DNA of 64,000 bases from Nitrospirota bacterium (GTDB taxonomy: Bacteria; Nitrospirota; UBA9217): the NCBI GenBank assembly GCA_963790205.1, contig CAWBNQ010000003.1:448001-512000 (forward strand). Direction: 5' to 3'. The first letter of the stretch is position 1; each line of letters begins with the position of its first letter. Made by a program: the position numbers and the translations under genes. The notes beneath the pieces are model-generated. The model was not told the origin of the DNA, ran no database searches, and saw only the letters and a list, made by a program, of their open reading frames with translations. Shown piece by piece: positions 38,212 through 48,561 of the stretch.

Positions 38212-40137
38212 ATGCTCAAATACGCACTGATACCGCTGTTACCGTTCACCGGCTTCCTGATCGCGGGACTGCTCGGCAAATATTTGAAGGAAAAGTCGGC
38301 GTACGTTGCCATCGCCGGCGTGGCCGGCGCGTTCTTTCTCTCCGTCAGCGCGTTCATCGACGTGCTCGGCGGAACGATCGTCAATGAAAATCTCTACTCC
38401 TGGATCTCCGTCGGGACGTTCCCGGCGAACGTCGGCTTCCAGATCGACCAGCTGACGGCGGTGATGCTCCTCGTGGTGACCACCCTCAGCTCCCTCATTC
38501 ATATCTATTCCGTCGGCTACATGCACGGCGACAAGGGCTATGCCCGGTTCTTCGCGTACCTGAACCTTTTTACGTTCTTCATGCTCGTCCTCGTCATGGC
38601 CAACAACTTTCTGCTCATGTTCGTGGGCTGGGAAGGCGTCGGCCTCTGCTCCTACCTCCTGATCGGGTTCTGGTATGAAAAGAAATCCGCGTCCGACGCC
38701 GGGGTCAAGGCCTTTGTCGTGAACCGCGTGGGAGACTTCGGGTTCGTGCTCGCGATGCTGCTCATATTCCTTACGTTCGGCACCCTGCATTTCGCCGATG
38801 TCTTCAAGGCTGTCGCGACCCCGGCCGCGAACCACAGCTATAGTCTCTTCGGAGGGGAGATCAGCGTTATCACCCTGATCGCGCTCCTCCTGTTCCTGGG
38901 GGCCACGGGCAAATCCGCGCAGCTTCCGCTCTATGTCTGGCTACCGGACGCCATGGAAGGTCCCACGCCGGTCAGCGCCCTCATCCACGCGGCGACGATG
39001 GTCACGGCGGGCGTATTCATGGTCGCCCGCTGCGCGCCGATCTTCTCGCTCTCACCGGTTGCCATGAATACCGTGGCGATCGTCGGGGGGCTCACCGCGG
39101 TCTTTGCCGCGACCATCGGCCTGGTACAGAACGACATCAAACGCGTGATTGCCTATTCGACGATCAGCCAGCTCGGGTATATGTTCCTGGCGCTTGGGGT
39201 GGGGGCGTTCTCCGCGGGTATCTTTCACCTCACTACGCATGCGTTCTTCAAGGGACTTCTGTTCCTGGCATCGGGCAGCGTGATCCACGCGCTCTCGGGC
39301 GAGCAGGACATGCGCAAGATGGGAGCGCTTAAGTCCAAGATCAAGATCACCTGGGCGGTGTTCATTATCGGAACGTTAGCGCTGTCCGGCATCCCACCCT
39401 TCGCTGGCTTCTTCAGCAAGGATGAAATTCTCTGGAGCGCTTATAACGCACCCACCATAGGACCAGCACTTTGGTTTCTCGGACTTGTCGGCGCTTTCAT
39501 GACGGCCTTCTATTCCTTCCGGCTGATCTATCTCACTTTTTATGGCAAGTCACGTTTAGACCACGAGGTTGCACATCATGTGCACGAGTCGCCGAAGGTG
39601 ATGACTGTGCCGCTTATGATTCTTGCTTTTTTTTCAATCACCATTGGATTCATCGGCATGCCCGTCATCCAGCATGCAAACCTCTTTGGAGAATTTCTGG
39701 CCCCGCTCTTTCCCCATGTAGAACATGCGGCGGAAGCTGAGAGGCATACAGCCGAGATTGGAGCGATGATCATATCGGTCATAATTGCTGTGGCAGGTTG
39801 GCGGTTGGCGAGTAGCTTCTATAAGACGGGTAGTATCTGGCCGGACAAGATCGCTGAAAAATTCAAGGGCACCTACACCCTGCTGCTCAATAAATACCGG
39901 GTTGATGAGCTCTACAACTACATCTTTGTCGACGGGCTGGTGCACAGGCTCGCGAAGGTCCTCTATACCGTGGGAGATGTAAAGATCATCGACGGCTTCA
40001 TCAACTGGTCTACCGCTGCCATCGGCAGGACGAGCGAGCGGGGCAGGAAGCTCCAGACCGGCTACGTGCAGCAGTACGCCTTTACCATGGGCCTCGGCCT
40101 CGTGGTGCTGGTGGGGCTTTATTACGTACTAAGATAA
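38212..40137 (+). CDS. nuoL: Complex I subunit L
   Basis: WEGVGLCSYLLIGFW, GKSAQLPL..WLPDAMEGPTPVSALIHAATMV, THAFFK. Confidence 0.95.
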   Translation: MLKYALIPLLPFTGFLIAGLLGKYLKEKSAYVAIAGVAGAFFLSVSAFIDVLGGTIVNENLYSWISVGTFPANVGFQIDQLTAVMLLVVTTLSSLIHIYSVGYMHGDKGYARFFAYLNLFTFFMLVLVMANNFLLMFVGWEGVGLCSYLLIGFWYEKKSASDAGVKAFVVNRVGDFGFVLAMLLIFLTFGTLHFADVFKAVATPAANHSYSLFGGEISVITLIALLLFLGATGKSAQLPLYVWLPDAMEGPTPVSALIHAATMVTAGVFMVARCAPIFSLSPVAMNTVAIVGGLTAVFAATIGLVQNDIKRVIAYSTISQLGYMFLALGVGAFSAGIFHLTTHAFFKGLLFLASGSVIHALSGEQDMRKMGALKSKIKITWAVFIIGTLALSGIPPFAGFFSKDEILWSAYNAPTIGPALWFLGLVGAFMTAFYSFRLIYLTFYGKSRLDHEVAHHVHESPKVMTVPLMILAFFSITIGFIGMPVIQHANLFGEFLAPLFPHVEHAAEAERHTAEIGAMIISVIIAVAGWRLASSFYKTGSIWPDKIAEKFKGTYTLLLNKYRVDELYNYIFVDGLVHRLAKVLYTVGDVKIIDGFINWSTAAIGRTSERGRKLQTGYVQQYAFTMGLGLVVLVGLYYVLR

Positions 40138-40213
40138 AAGTTCAAAGTGTAAGGTTCAAGGTCAATACGCCGAACTCCGAACACTGAACTAAAGAACTGA
40201 TAGGAGTTTATTC

Positions 40214-41741
40214 ATGCTCGATTATATGCATATCCACATGCTGAGCTTTTTGATCCTGCTGCCGCTGGCCGGCGCGTTCATCCTGCTGTTCATCCGCGAT
40301 GCCGATGCCGTGCGCAGGATCGCCATGGTCTTTTCGCTGGCGGAGCTGGCGCTCTGCGTACCGCTCGTCGCGAATTTCGACACAACAACCGCCGCCATGC
40401 AGTTTGCAGAGAACCATGAGTGGATCAAGGCATGGGACATCAATTACAAACTCGGCGTCGACGGTATCAGTGTCCTGTTTGTGGCGCTGACCGCGCTGCT
40501 CACGGTTATTTCGATCATGGTGTCCTGGAAGGCTATCCAGGACCGGGTGCGGGAGTTCATGATCGCCATGCTGGTCCTCGAGGCCGCAATGATCGGCGTG
40601 TTCACGGCCCTCGACCTTTTCCTCTTCTACATCTTCTGGGAGGCCATGCTGATCCCGATGTATCTCCTGATCGGCGTCTGGGGCGGCCCCAACCGGCTTT
40701 ACGCCGCGATCAAGTTCTTTTTGTACACCCTCGTCGGCAGCGTGCTCATGCTGATCGCGATCATCGCCGTTTATCTGGCCGCTGGCCACACCTTCGACGT
40801 GCTCGCGATCATGAATTATAAATTCAGTCTACACATTCCAGATGTGGGCCTTCGCCGCGTTCTTCGCGGCCTTCGCGGTCAAGGTGCCGATGTTTCCGGT
40901 CCATACCTGGCTGCCCGACGCGCACGTGGAGGCGCCGACCGCCGGCAGTATCATCCTTGCCGGGATCCTCATCAAGATGGGCGCCTACGGGTTCCTGCGG
41001 TTCTCGCTGCCGTTCTTCCCCGACGCGGCGCTTGCCTGGACGCCTGCCATCATGATCCTGTCCGTGATCGCCATCATCTACGGCGCGTACATGGCCTTTG
41101 CCCAGACGGACTTCAAAAAGCTGATCGCCTATTCGAGCGTGAGCCACATGGGTTTCGTCACTCTCGGCATCTTCGCGTTGAACCTCCAGGGCATGGAGGG
41201 CGGCATTCTCCAGATGCTGAACCACGGCGTCTCGACCGGCGCTCTCTTCCTTGCCGTGGGCGTGATCTACGAACGGACGCACACGCGCCTGATCGCCGAC
41301 TACGGCGGTATCGCGGCCAGGGTGCCGGTGTATGCCACGTTCCTGCTGATCATCACGCTCTCGTCCATCGGTCTTCCCGGCACGAACGGGTTCATCGGCG
41401 AGTTCACGATACTTTTGGGCGCGTTCCTGCATCAGAAAATTTATGCCGTGATCGCCTCCCTCGGGATCATCCTGGGCGCCGGCTACATGCTCTGGCTTTA
41501 CCAACGGGTCGCCTTCGGCAAGATCACGAACCCGCATAACGAACACCTGGCGGACATGAATATGCGAGAGGTGGTCGCGGCGCTCCCGCTCGTGGCGCTG
41601 GTGTTCATCATCGGCCTCTACCCGAACGCGGTCTTCGGCATCATGCACGTTTCCGTGGCAAACCTCATCCAGCACGTGAATGCCAAGATGCAGACCGCGC
41701 CGGAAATGACGCAGATGCTCAGCACGGTCATAGGAAAATAA
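40214..41741 (+). CDS. nuoM: Complex I subunit M; +1 frameshift between about 40815 and 40845
   Basis: FYIFWEAMLIPM in the first frame; KVPMFPVHTWLPDAHVEAPTAGS, YSSVSHMG in the next frame. Confidence 0.9.
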
Positions 41742-41756
41742 GGTAAGGAGAACACG

Positions 41757-43217
41757 ATGTCCATCTTGCTGCAGCAATTCATGCAATCCCTCATACCGAT
41801 ATACCCGGAAGCCGTGGTCATCACGGTGGCGCTCATGGTGCTGATCCTGGACTTTTTCATTGATAAAGAGAGCAAAGCGTTCCTCGGATGGTTCAGCCTG
41901 GCGGGCATCGGCGTCGCGGCCTTTGCGACCTTCCGGCTCATGAGCGTGGGCGCGAGCGGGACGTTCTTTTCCGGCACGTTCAACCTGGACCCCTTCTCCA
42001 TCTTCTTTAAGTTCGTCTTCTTCATCGCCTGCGGGCTCGGCATCCTGGTGTCCATCAACTATCTGAAGAGCCAGGACATCCAGCGCGGGGAATACTATAG
42101 TCTCATGCTCTTCGCCACGAGCGGCATGATGCTCATGGCCTCGGCCGCGGACCTCATCACCCTGTACCTCGGGCTCGAACTCATGGCCATGTCCATTTAT
42201 ATTCTCGCGGGCTTCTTGCGGCACGACAACCGGTCCAACGAGGCCGCGATCAAGTACCTGCTTCTGGGTGCGTTCTCGTCGGGCATCATGCTCTACGGCA
42301 TGTCGCTCCTGTACGGCGTCACGGGCACGACGAACCTGGCGGAGATTCTGACATTCCTGCGCACCGCTGATCTGAACAATCCGGTCATTTACCTGGCCAT
42401 GATCATGCTCGTCGTGAGCTTCGGCTTCAAGGTGGCGGCCGTTCCGTTCCACATGTGGGTGCCTGATGTGTACGAAGGCGCGCCCACACCGGTCACGGCC
42501 TTCATGTCCGCGGGTCCCAAGGTCGCCGGGTTCGCCGTTCTGCTCCGGGTCTTCCTGTACTCGCTGGAACCCCTGCACGCGGATTCCACGGCGATCATCT
42601 CCGGCCTGGCCCTTTTGACCATGGCCGGGGGAAACATCCTGGCCCTGTCCCAGACGAACATCAAGCGCATGCTGGCGTATTCCTCGATCGCCCATGCGGG
42701 CTACGCGCTCGTCGGCCTGGCAGCGGGAGGCCCCGAGGGCGCGGCAAGCGTCATGCTCTACGTCTGCATCTACGCCCTCATGAATATGGGCGCTTTCGGC
42801 GTGGTGATCATGCTTAGAAAGGCGGGGGAGCGGGGCGAGGAGATCTCGGATTTCGCGGGACTCGGAAAGACCAACAAGACCGCGGCGTTCCTCATGCTCA
42901 TTTTCATGTTCTCACTCACCGGCATTCCGCCGACGGCCGGTTTCATAGGCAAGTTCTACATCTTCAAGTCCGCGGTGCAGTCCGGCCTTGTGTGGCTGGC
43001 CGTGGCCGGCGTGCTGTTTTCGTCCATCAGCGCCTACTTTTACCTTCGGGTCATCATGGTCATGTACATGAAGGAGCCCAAGGAAAGCATCGAGCTGACG
43101 ACGTCGCCGTCCCTCGCGCTTGCCCTCGCGATATCGGTGACCGCCGTGATCTACATCGGCGTCCTTCCCTCCCAACTGTTGGATTATGCGCGCGCTTCGA
43201 TAGCAGGGATCATGTAA
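41757..43217 (+). CDS. nuoN: Complex I subunit N
   Basis: EAAIKY, FKVAAVPFHMWVPDVYEGAPT, KRMLAYSSIAHAGY. Confidence 0.95.
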   Translation: MSILLQQFMQSLIPIYPEAVVITVALMVLILDFFIDKESKAFLGWFSLAGIGVAAFATFRLMSVGASGTFFSGTFNLDPFSIFFKFVFFIACGLGILVSINYLKSQDIQRGEYYSLMLFATSGMMLMASAADLITLYLGLELMAMSIYILAGFLRHDNRSNEAAIKYLLLGAFSSGIMLYGMSLLYGVTGTTNLAEILTFLRTADLNNPVIYLAMIMLVVSFGFKVAAVPFHMWVPDVYEGAPTPVTAFMSAGPKVAGFAVLLRVFLYSLEPLHADSTAIISGLALLTMAGGNILALSQTNIKRMLAYSSIAHAGYALVGLAAGGPEGAASVMLYVCIYALMNMGAFGVVIMLRKAGERGEEISDFAGLGKTNKTAAFLMLIFMFSLTGIPPTAGFIGKFYIFKSAVQSGLVWLAVAGVLFSSISAYFYLRVIMVMYMKEPKESIELTTSPSLALALAISVTAVIYIGVLPSQLLDYARASIAGIM

Positions 43218-43276
43218 AGGGGCCATTTCCCTCATGCACGAAGCCCAATGCTTCGAATAAAATAAAAACTATAGAG

Positions 43277-43302
43277 AGGTCAGGCCGGAAGCCTGGCCTT
43301 TT
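43277..43302 (+). terminator. Terminator of the nuo operon
   Basis: AGGTCAGGC-CGGAA-GCCTGGCCT TTT. Confidence 0.65.
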
Positions 43303-43498
43303 CTTAATTTCATAATTTGTACAGTTCGCGGGATGTCAGTCCTGCGTTCCGGTCCAGTGGCGATATGCATTATATTTTTAATCTGATTGGTAGGACATAC
43401 CGCAAAAGCGGAGGGGAATATATAAACGAGTCAGGCGTGTGCCTCTTATGAGCCCATGTGCGCTCAGAGAAAATAGTGAGCATTGGAGGTAACAGAAA

Positions 43499-44218
43499 AT
43501 GCAGAACAAGAGGCGGCATCTGAGATTCAGATTAGATGTAATGGAAATAAATGGCAAGATGATCTTGGCCAACAAAGTGGAAATCCTTGACATTGGTCTC
43601 GGCGGACTTGCCCTGATAACAGACAGGAGGCTTAATGTCGGCAAAGAATATTTGATCAAGTTGGGAGACAAGGGGAAAAGAATAGATTTGAAGGGCAGTA
43701 TCGTTCGCTGCGAATTAAGCAAAATTGAAGCAAGAGGCAACGGGGAAACGGTCCCCCTGTACACGGCAGGCATGATGTTTAAAGAGGTCTCACCGGACAA
43801 GATTGGCGATTTTCTTAATGTAATTGAACAACACAAAAAAGAGGAAGTGCCGGTGGTGGTCGATCGGAGACTCAATGTCAGGTTCTGTATCACCACTCCC
43901 TGGGAGAAGACCCTGAGCTTTCCTGCACAGTTCAAGGTAAAAAAAATCAGCCTCAGCGGCATGCTCATTCTGACCGAGCAGGCCCTGGTAATAGAAAGCC
44001 GGATCCCCATGGGACTCTCTCTCAAGGCTGACAACCCTGTCAATTTTGTCGGAAGAGTCGCCTCCTGTCGGATGATGGAAGATAAGGGGCATGCATACAA
44101 TGAAATAGGGGTGGAGTTTGCAGATTTGACGGATAAGGATAGAACGTTGCTCCAGACATTCATAGACTACCTGGCAGCGGTGGATGTTAATGCTGAGGGG
44201 AAAAAAACAGACGACTAG
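43499..44218 (+). CDS. Tandem PilZ-domain protein
   Basis: RRHLR..DIGLGG and RRLNVR..ISLSG; GGAGG RBS. Confidence 0.8.
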   Translation: MQNKRRHLRFRLDVMEINGKMILANKVEILDIGLGGLALITDRRLNVGKEYLIKLGDKGKRIDLKGSIVRCELSKIEARGNGETVPLYTAGMMFKEVSPDKIGDFLNVIEQHKKEEVPVVVDRRLNVRFCITTPWEKTLSFPAQFKVKKISLSGMLILTEQALVIESRIPMGLSLKADNPVNFVGRVASCRMMEDKGHAYNEIGVEFADLTDKDRTLLQTFIDYLAAVDVNAEGKKTDD

Positions 44219-44509
44219 ATTGTCCGGTAGGCAGAACTGCACGGGCTTCATGAATTTTGCACGACCCGGAAAAACGATCCGAAGGACCTGAGCAGATCTT
44301 CCTGTCATTCGCAGCATTGCATTTATTCACTTGGAAACGCCGGGTACCGCGTTTAAATAAAAACGTCGGAAGCGATGATAAACAAGCTGCCGACGTCAAG
44401 GGAGGCTGATATATCGGGCCCGCGAGTACGGAGAGGCGGTCAACCTATAAAGTCTGAACCATTATCGCGGTTCAGGGCACTTTTTATATACTCAATCCCG
44501 AAGGCGATA

Positions 44510-44731
44510 CTAATGCGTCTCGATTGGCGTCTCCGGTACGATCTGACTTGTCTTGGGAAGTGCCCGACCGTTCTCACCTGATAGAGGATTAAAGTAAGAG
44601 GCTACAAGATAGTGCAGCAACTTTTGCCTGTTTGTTTGAGACATGTCCGGGTAGAGTGAACTGCCGATCAAAATATTAACGATCTCTTCTTCCTGTTCTC
44701 TGGTCACATTTGTTATTTTTTGTTCCTTCAT
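44510..44731 (-). CDS. Small hypothetical protein under a sigma54-type promoter
   Basis: ORF MKEQKITNVTREQEEEIVNIL..; promoter directly upstream. Confidence 0.5.
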   Translation of the reverse strand: MKEQKITNVTREQEEEIVNILIGSSLYPDMSQTNRQKLLHYLVASYFNPLSGENGRALPKTSQIVPETPIETH

Positions 44732-44770
44732 AGGACTCACCGAACTTCATAGCTTTTAACTTATACATAT

Positions 44771-44786
44771 TGCATTCTCTGTGCCA
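44771..44786 (-). promoter_or_regulatory. sigma54 promoter
   Basis: Minus strand TGGCACAGAGAATGCA, GG-N10-GC. Confidence 0.7.
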
Positions 44787-45746
44787 GAGCTGCAATCCAC
44801 AGTACTTCAAAGGGTTGTGTGGTTTGAGCTTTTACGAGTAAGGCGCCTATCGGTGAACTCTCCACCTTAGATGGGTGAGATGACCCAAGAAGGCATGCTT
44901 ATCACTATTGGGCTTTCCCCGCGTTTCGCGCGACTCATCGGGAGAATGCGCGGACGATTTTGATGGTGTCGCGAAACCAGTTTGGTTCATAAAAACGAAT
45001 GAGCGGACGCCCCTGCGGATAGACCGCTCATCCGACCCATTTGGCGACCTGGAAATTATAGAGTGGAGCCTTTCCAGTAATAAAGCTTCAGGGATACCAG
45101 GGCTAAAAATGTCAATACGGCCGTCTGGCTTTTCCATAACCATAATTTTTTCGCTGCAAGACCTTTTTAACGGCCACTGCCACTGGTCTGCTCATGGGTT
45201 ACTTTGCTTCCATATCTCCACCTAGTGCCGCCGTAACCGGGGCAAGTTACCCTGCTGAATTGTAGTGGCTATCAAGCATACGAGCATATGCTTGATAGTG
45301 ATCCTCGATATGTTTATACCAGTCGTTTTGAGTATCATATATGGTCCACGGATCCATGTACCATATGGCTTACGCATTTTAATCGCCTCGCTTTCTTGAG
45401 TAAATGCCTTGTATCACTGCCCTTCCCGTTTTGTACTCCGGCTTGCTTTTAGGCAGTGCATTCGTGGCGTTCTCTCTATCCGCATTCAGACAAATTCACA
45501 GCATCAGGCTTGCCGGAATGAACGGCGATCTCGGTGGTATGCTTTTAAATTCTCTTAATTTGTATAGTTTAGACTAAGAAACCAAGTAAATTCTTTTACA
45601 TCGGTCATGGGTTTTCATCGGACGAGCATTCGATTTTCGTATTTGTTTCTCACGTTCCAGACGAACACGCTCACATACTATATCCCGTGGCACGGATATG
45701 ATTTTTCTCATATTGGTTTACTCCTGTCCCGTGATATACTTTTCAC

Positions 45747-46448
45747 ATGAGCACCGTCCCCAAAAACTATTTCCTGAAAGAATACGGCTCCTGGAGTGTT
45801 CTTATTATTGCCTTTCTCACGGGCCTGATCGCAAGCAGGGGTTTTACCTGGCAGACGGTCCCGGTCTTCCTTGCCCTTTGCTTGCTGATTAATTCCAAAC
45901 AGGCGCTTACCAAATGGATCCGCGAGAAAGGAAACAGGCCAGCCCTCATCTTTTTGGGGCAGCTTGCCGCAGCGACAATGGTACTCATCGCGGTTTTTGG
46001 TGGGGACATTCCTCAACTTCTGCCGCTGCTCGTATTTCCTGCGGCATACCTGCTGATGAGCAGGTTCGCGGGGGAGCACTTCATCCTTACCGAGGTCCTC
46101 GGTTTTGCCCTCATCAGCCTTGCCGCGGTCCTGGCAAAATTCACGGTCACGGGCGGAGTTGATGTCCGTCTCTTTGTCGCCGTCGCCTTCTATTCCACTG
46201 CCGGCGTATTCAAGGTCAAGACCCTTTTGCTTAAAAAAACGCGCGACCGGGTCCTTACGGTCCTGTACGTTGTTCTAGCTGCCTTCGTATACCGCGGTTT
46301 TCACGTTTCCCTCATCATTCTTTTGCCGCTCGTTGACAATCTCGCTGCAGCGGCCCTGCTCTATAAAGTAAAGCTCCGGACCACTGGATGGATCGAAGTT
46401 TCAAAGAGCATCCTCTTCCTCATCCTCATGTCAATTTTCTACTACTAA
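45747..46448 (+). CDS. YwiC-like membrane protein
   Basis: KEYGSW, FKVKTL, GWIEV; multi-pass hydrophobic. Confidence 0.65.
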   Translation: MSTVPKNYFLKEYGSWSVLIIAFLTGLIASRGFTWQTVPVFLALCLLINSKQALTKWIREKGNRPALIFLGQLAAATMVLIAVFGGDIPQLLPLLVFPAAYLLMSRFAGEHFILTEVLGFALISLAAVLAKFTVTGGVDVRLFVAVAFYSTAGVFKVKTLLLKKTRDRVLTVLYVVLAAFVYRGFHVSLIILLPLVDNLAAAALLYKVKLRTTGWIEVSKSILFLILMSIFYY

Positions 46449-46540
46449 GGTTTTGTTCCATAAAGCCAATAAACACCTCGTCTGATTCCTCTTCGTCATT
46501 CAGTGGTAAAATATAGGTATGCCAAAAGGGGGCGATGTGA

Positions 46541-48298
46541 ATGGCGGTTAAAGCATCCGAATTAAATACAAAAATCAACCTGACTTCGAATGCCCTTGCA
46601 GTGCTCGAACGGCGGTATCTGAACAAGGACGAGCAGGGGAGAATAGTCGAGACTCCTGAGGAAATGTTCCGCAGGGTGGCGAACAACATAGCGCGGGCCG
46701 ACCTGCACTACGACGGCCACGCCGATGTTCGAAGGACCGAAGAAGAATTTTTTCACATCCTTTCAAGCCTCGAGTTCCTGCCCAATTCCCCGACCCTCAT
46801 GAACGCGGGGCGGGCGCTCCAGCAGCTTGCCGCCTGCTTTGTCCTGCCCATTGAAGATTCGCTCGAATCCATCTTCGAAAGTGTAAAGAACACGGCCCTG
46901 ATCCACCAGAGCGGCGGCGGGACCGGCTTTTCCTTCAGCCGCCTGCGGCCCAAGGACGACCCGGTGCGCACGACCGGGGGCGCGGCCAGCGGCCCGGTAT
47001 CGTTCATGCGCGTCTTCAACATGGCAACGGAAGTGATCAAACAGGGGGGTACCCGGCGGGGCGCGAACATGGGCGTCATGAGAGTGGACCATCCGGACAT
47101 TCTCGAGTTCATCTCCGCGAAGGCGGACAACAAGGAACTGAAGAATTTCAACATCTCTGTCGCCGTGACCGAGGAGTTCATGCGAGCCGTGGAGAAGGAC
47201 GGGGACCTCTCGCTCGTCAATCCTTCGACGAGGAAGGTCGTACGCACGGTCAAGGCCCGGGAGGTCTTCGATAAGATCGTGGAGATGGCCTGGAAGACCG
47301 GGGACCCCGGCGTCATCTTCCTCGACCGCATAAACCGCGACAACCCCACGCCGCAGTTGGGCGACATGGAGAGCACCAACCCCTGCGGCGAGCAGCCGCT
47401 TCTTCCTTACGAACCCTGCAACCTCGGCTCCATTAACCTCTCGCGCATGCTGAAAGAAGAGAACGGCGGTTACGAGCTAGACTGGGACAAGCTGGAGCGC
47501 GTTGTGCGTACGGGCGTCCACTTTCTCGACAACGTGATCGACATGGGCCGCTACCCCCTTGACCAGACCGACCGCATGGCAAAGGGCAACCGCAAGATCG
47601 GGCTCGGAGTCATGGGGTTCGCGGACCTCCTGGTTCGGCTCAACGTTCCCTATGACTCGGATGAAGCGCTCCAGATCGGCGAGCGGGTCATGGCCTTTGT
47701 CAGGGAAAAGGGCTGGGACAGATCCGAAGAGCTTGCCCGCACGCGAGGCGTGTTCCCGAACTTCCGCGGGAGCAGGTACGACCAGGAGGGGGGCCCCCGG
47801 CTCAGGAACGCGACAGTCACTACCGTGGCACCCACCGGCACGCTGTCGATCATTGCGGGCTGCTCGAGCGGAATCGAACCGCTCTATGCCCTTTCCTACG
47901 TTCGCCATATCCTGGGCGACGTGGACCTCCCGGAGGTCTACGACTTCTTCATCGAGACGGCGAGAAGACGCGGATTCCTGACGCACGAGCTGCTCATCCA
48001 CGTCACGGCCGGCAACTCTATCCAAAAGCGGAGCGATGTGCCGGAGGACGTGAAACGCGTTTTCGCCACGGCCTTCGATATAGCGCCGGAGTGGCACGTG
48101 CGCATGCAGGCCGCGTTCCAGCGCCATACGGACAACGCGGTGTCCAAGACCATCAACTTCCCGCAAAAGGCCTCTCGGGAAGATGTCCGCCTCGCCTTCT
48201 TCCTGGCATACCGGGAAGGGGTAAAGGGCATTACCATCTTTCGGAGCGGCAGCAAGAGCGAGCAGGTGCTCACCTGCGCGGACCCGCTGTACTGCTGA
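46541..48298 (+). CDS. nrdJ: Class II (adenosylcobalamin) ribonucleotide reductase, short form
   Basis: PNSPTLMNAG, ACFVLP, QGGTRRGANM, TNPCGEQ, CNLGSIN, APTGT, SSGIEP, SKTIN. Confidence 0.92.
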   Translation: MAVKASELNTKINLTSNALAVLERRYLNKDEQGRIVETPEEMFRRVANNIARADLHYDGHADVRRTEEEFFHILSSLEFLPNSPTLMNAGRALQQLAACFVLPIEDSLESIFESVKNTALIHQSGGGTGFSFSRLRPKDDPVRTTGGAASGPVSFMRVFNMATEVIKQGGTRRGANMGVMRVDHPDILEFISAKADNKELKNFNISVAVTEEFMRAVEKDGDLSLVNPSTRKVVRTVKAREVFDKIVEMAWKTGDPGVIFLDRINRDNPTPQLGDMESTNPCGEQPLLPYEPCNLGSINLSRMLKEENGGYELDWDKLERVVRTGVHFLDNVIDMGRYPLDQTDRMAKGNRKIGLGVMGFADLLVRLNVPYDSDEALQIGERVMAFVREKGWDRSEELARTRGVFPNFRGSRYDQEGGPRLRNATVTTVAPTGTLSIIAGCSSGIEPLYALSYVRHILGDVDLPEVYDFFIETARRRGFLTHELLIHVTAGNSIQKRSDVPEDVKRVFATAFDIAPEWHVRMQAAFQRHTDNAVSKTINFPQKASREDVRLAFFLAYREGVKGITIFRSGSKSEQVLTCADPLYC

Positions 48299-48561
48299 CT
48301 TGAAGTGATATTATCGCTGCCTGTACTTCGCGGTCATTCCATCACAAAAGTAGTCAGAAACCCGGTCGGAATTACTGTTTTCTAAATCCGGGTCCATCTG
48401 TGAAATCTGCGGATAGATTGGTTTTTCGCGTCTTCTGATGATTACTCATGCCTAGTCGTTACCTTCGATGTTGAAACTATTATGAAACTGTTGATATTTC
48501 GTATGCATTCAGACCATTCTCACATTGACAAACTTCATGCTTCCGCATAAGATGTTTCTCA

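Noticed and set aside
40815..40845. Programmed frameshifting in nuoM or the glutamate synthase fusion
   Set aside because: No slippery heptamer or stimulatory structure seen; the same +1 pattern in unrelated genes points to sequence error.
26354..42695. Long antisense ORFs (e.g. 26354-27787, 31562-33133, 40824-42695)
   Set aside because: Shadow ORFs of GC-rich sense genes, with no motifs or RBS.
45672..45700. NrdR box upstream of ywiC-nrdJ
   Set aside because: Only a partial, single match (TACTATATCCCGTG), far from the nrdJ start.
48296..48298. TGA after the terminal Cys of nrdJ as selenocysteine
   Set aside because: The readthrough peptide looks non-coding and no SECIS-like hairpin follows.
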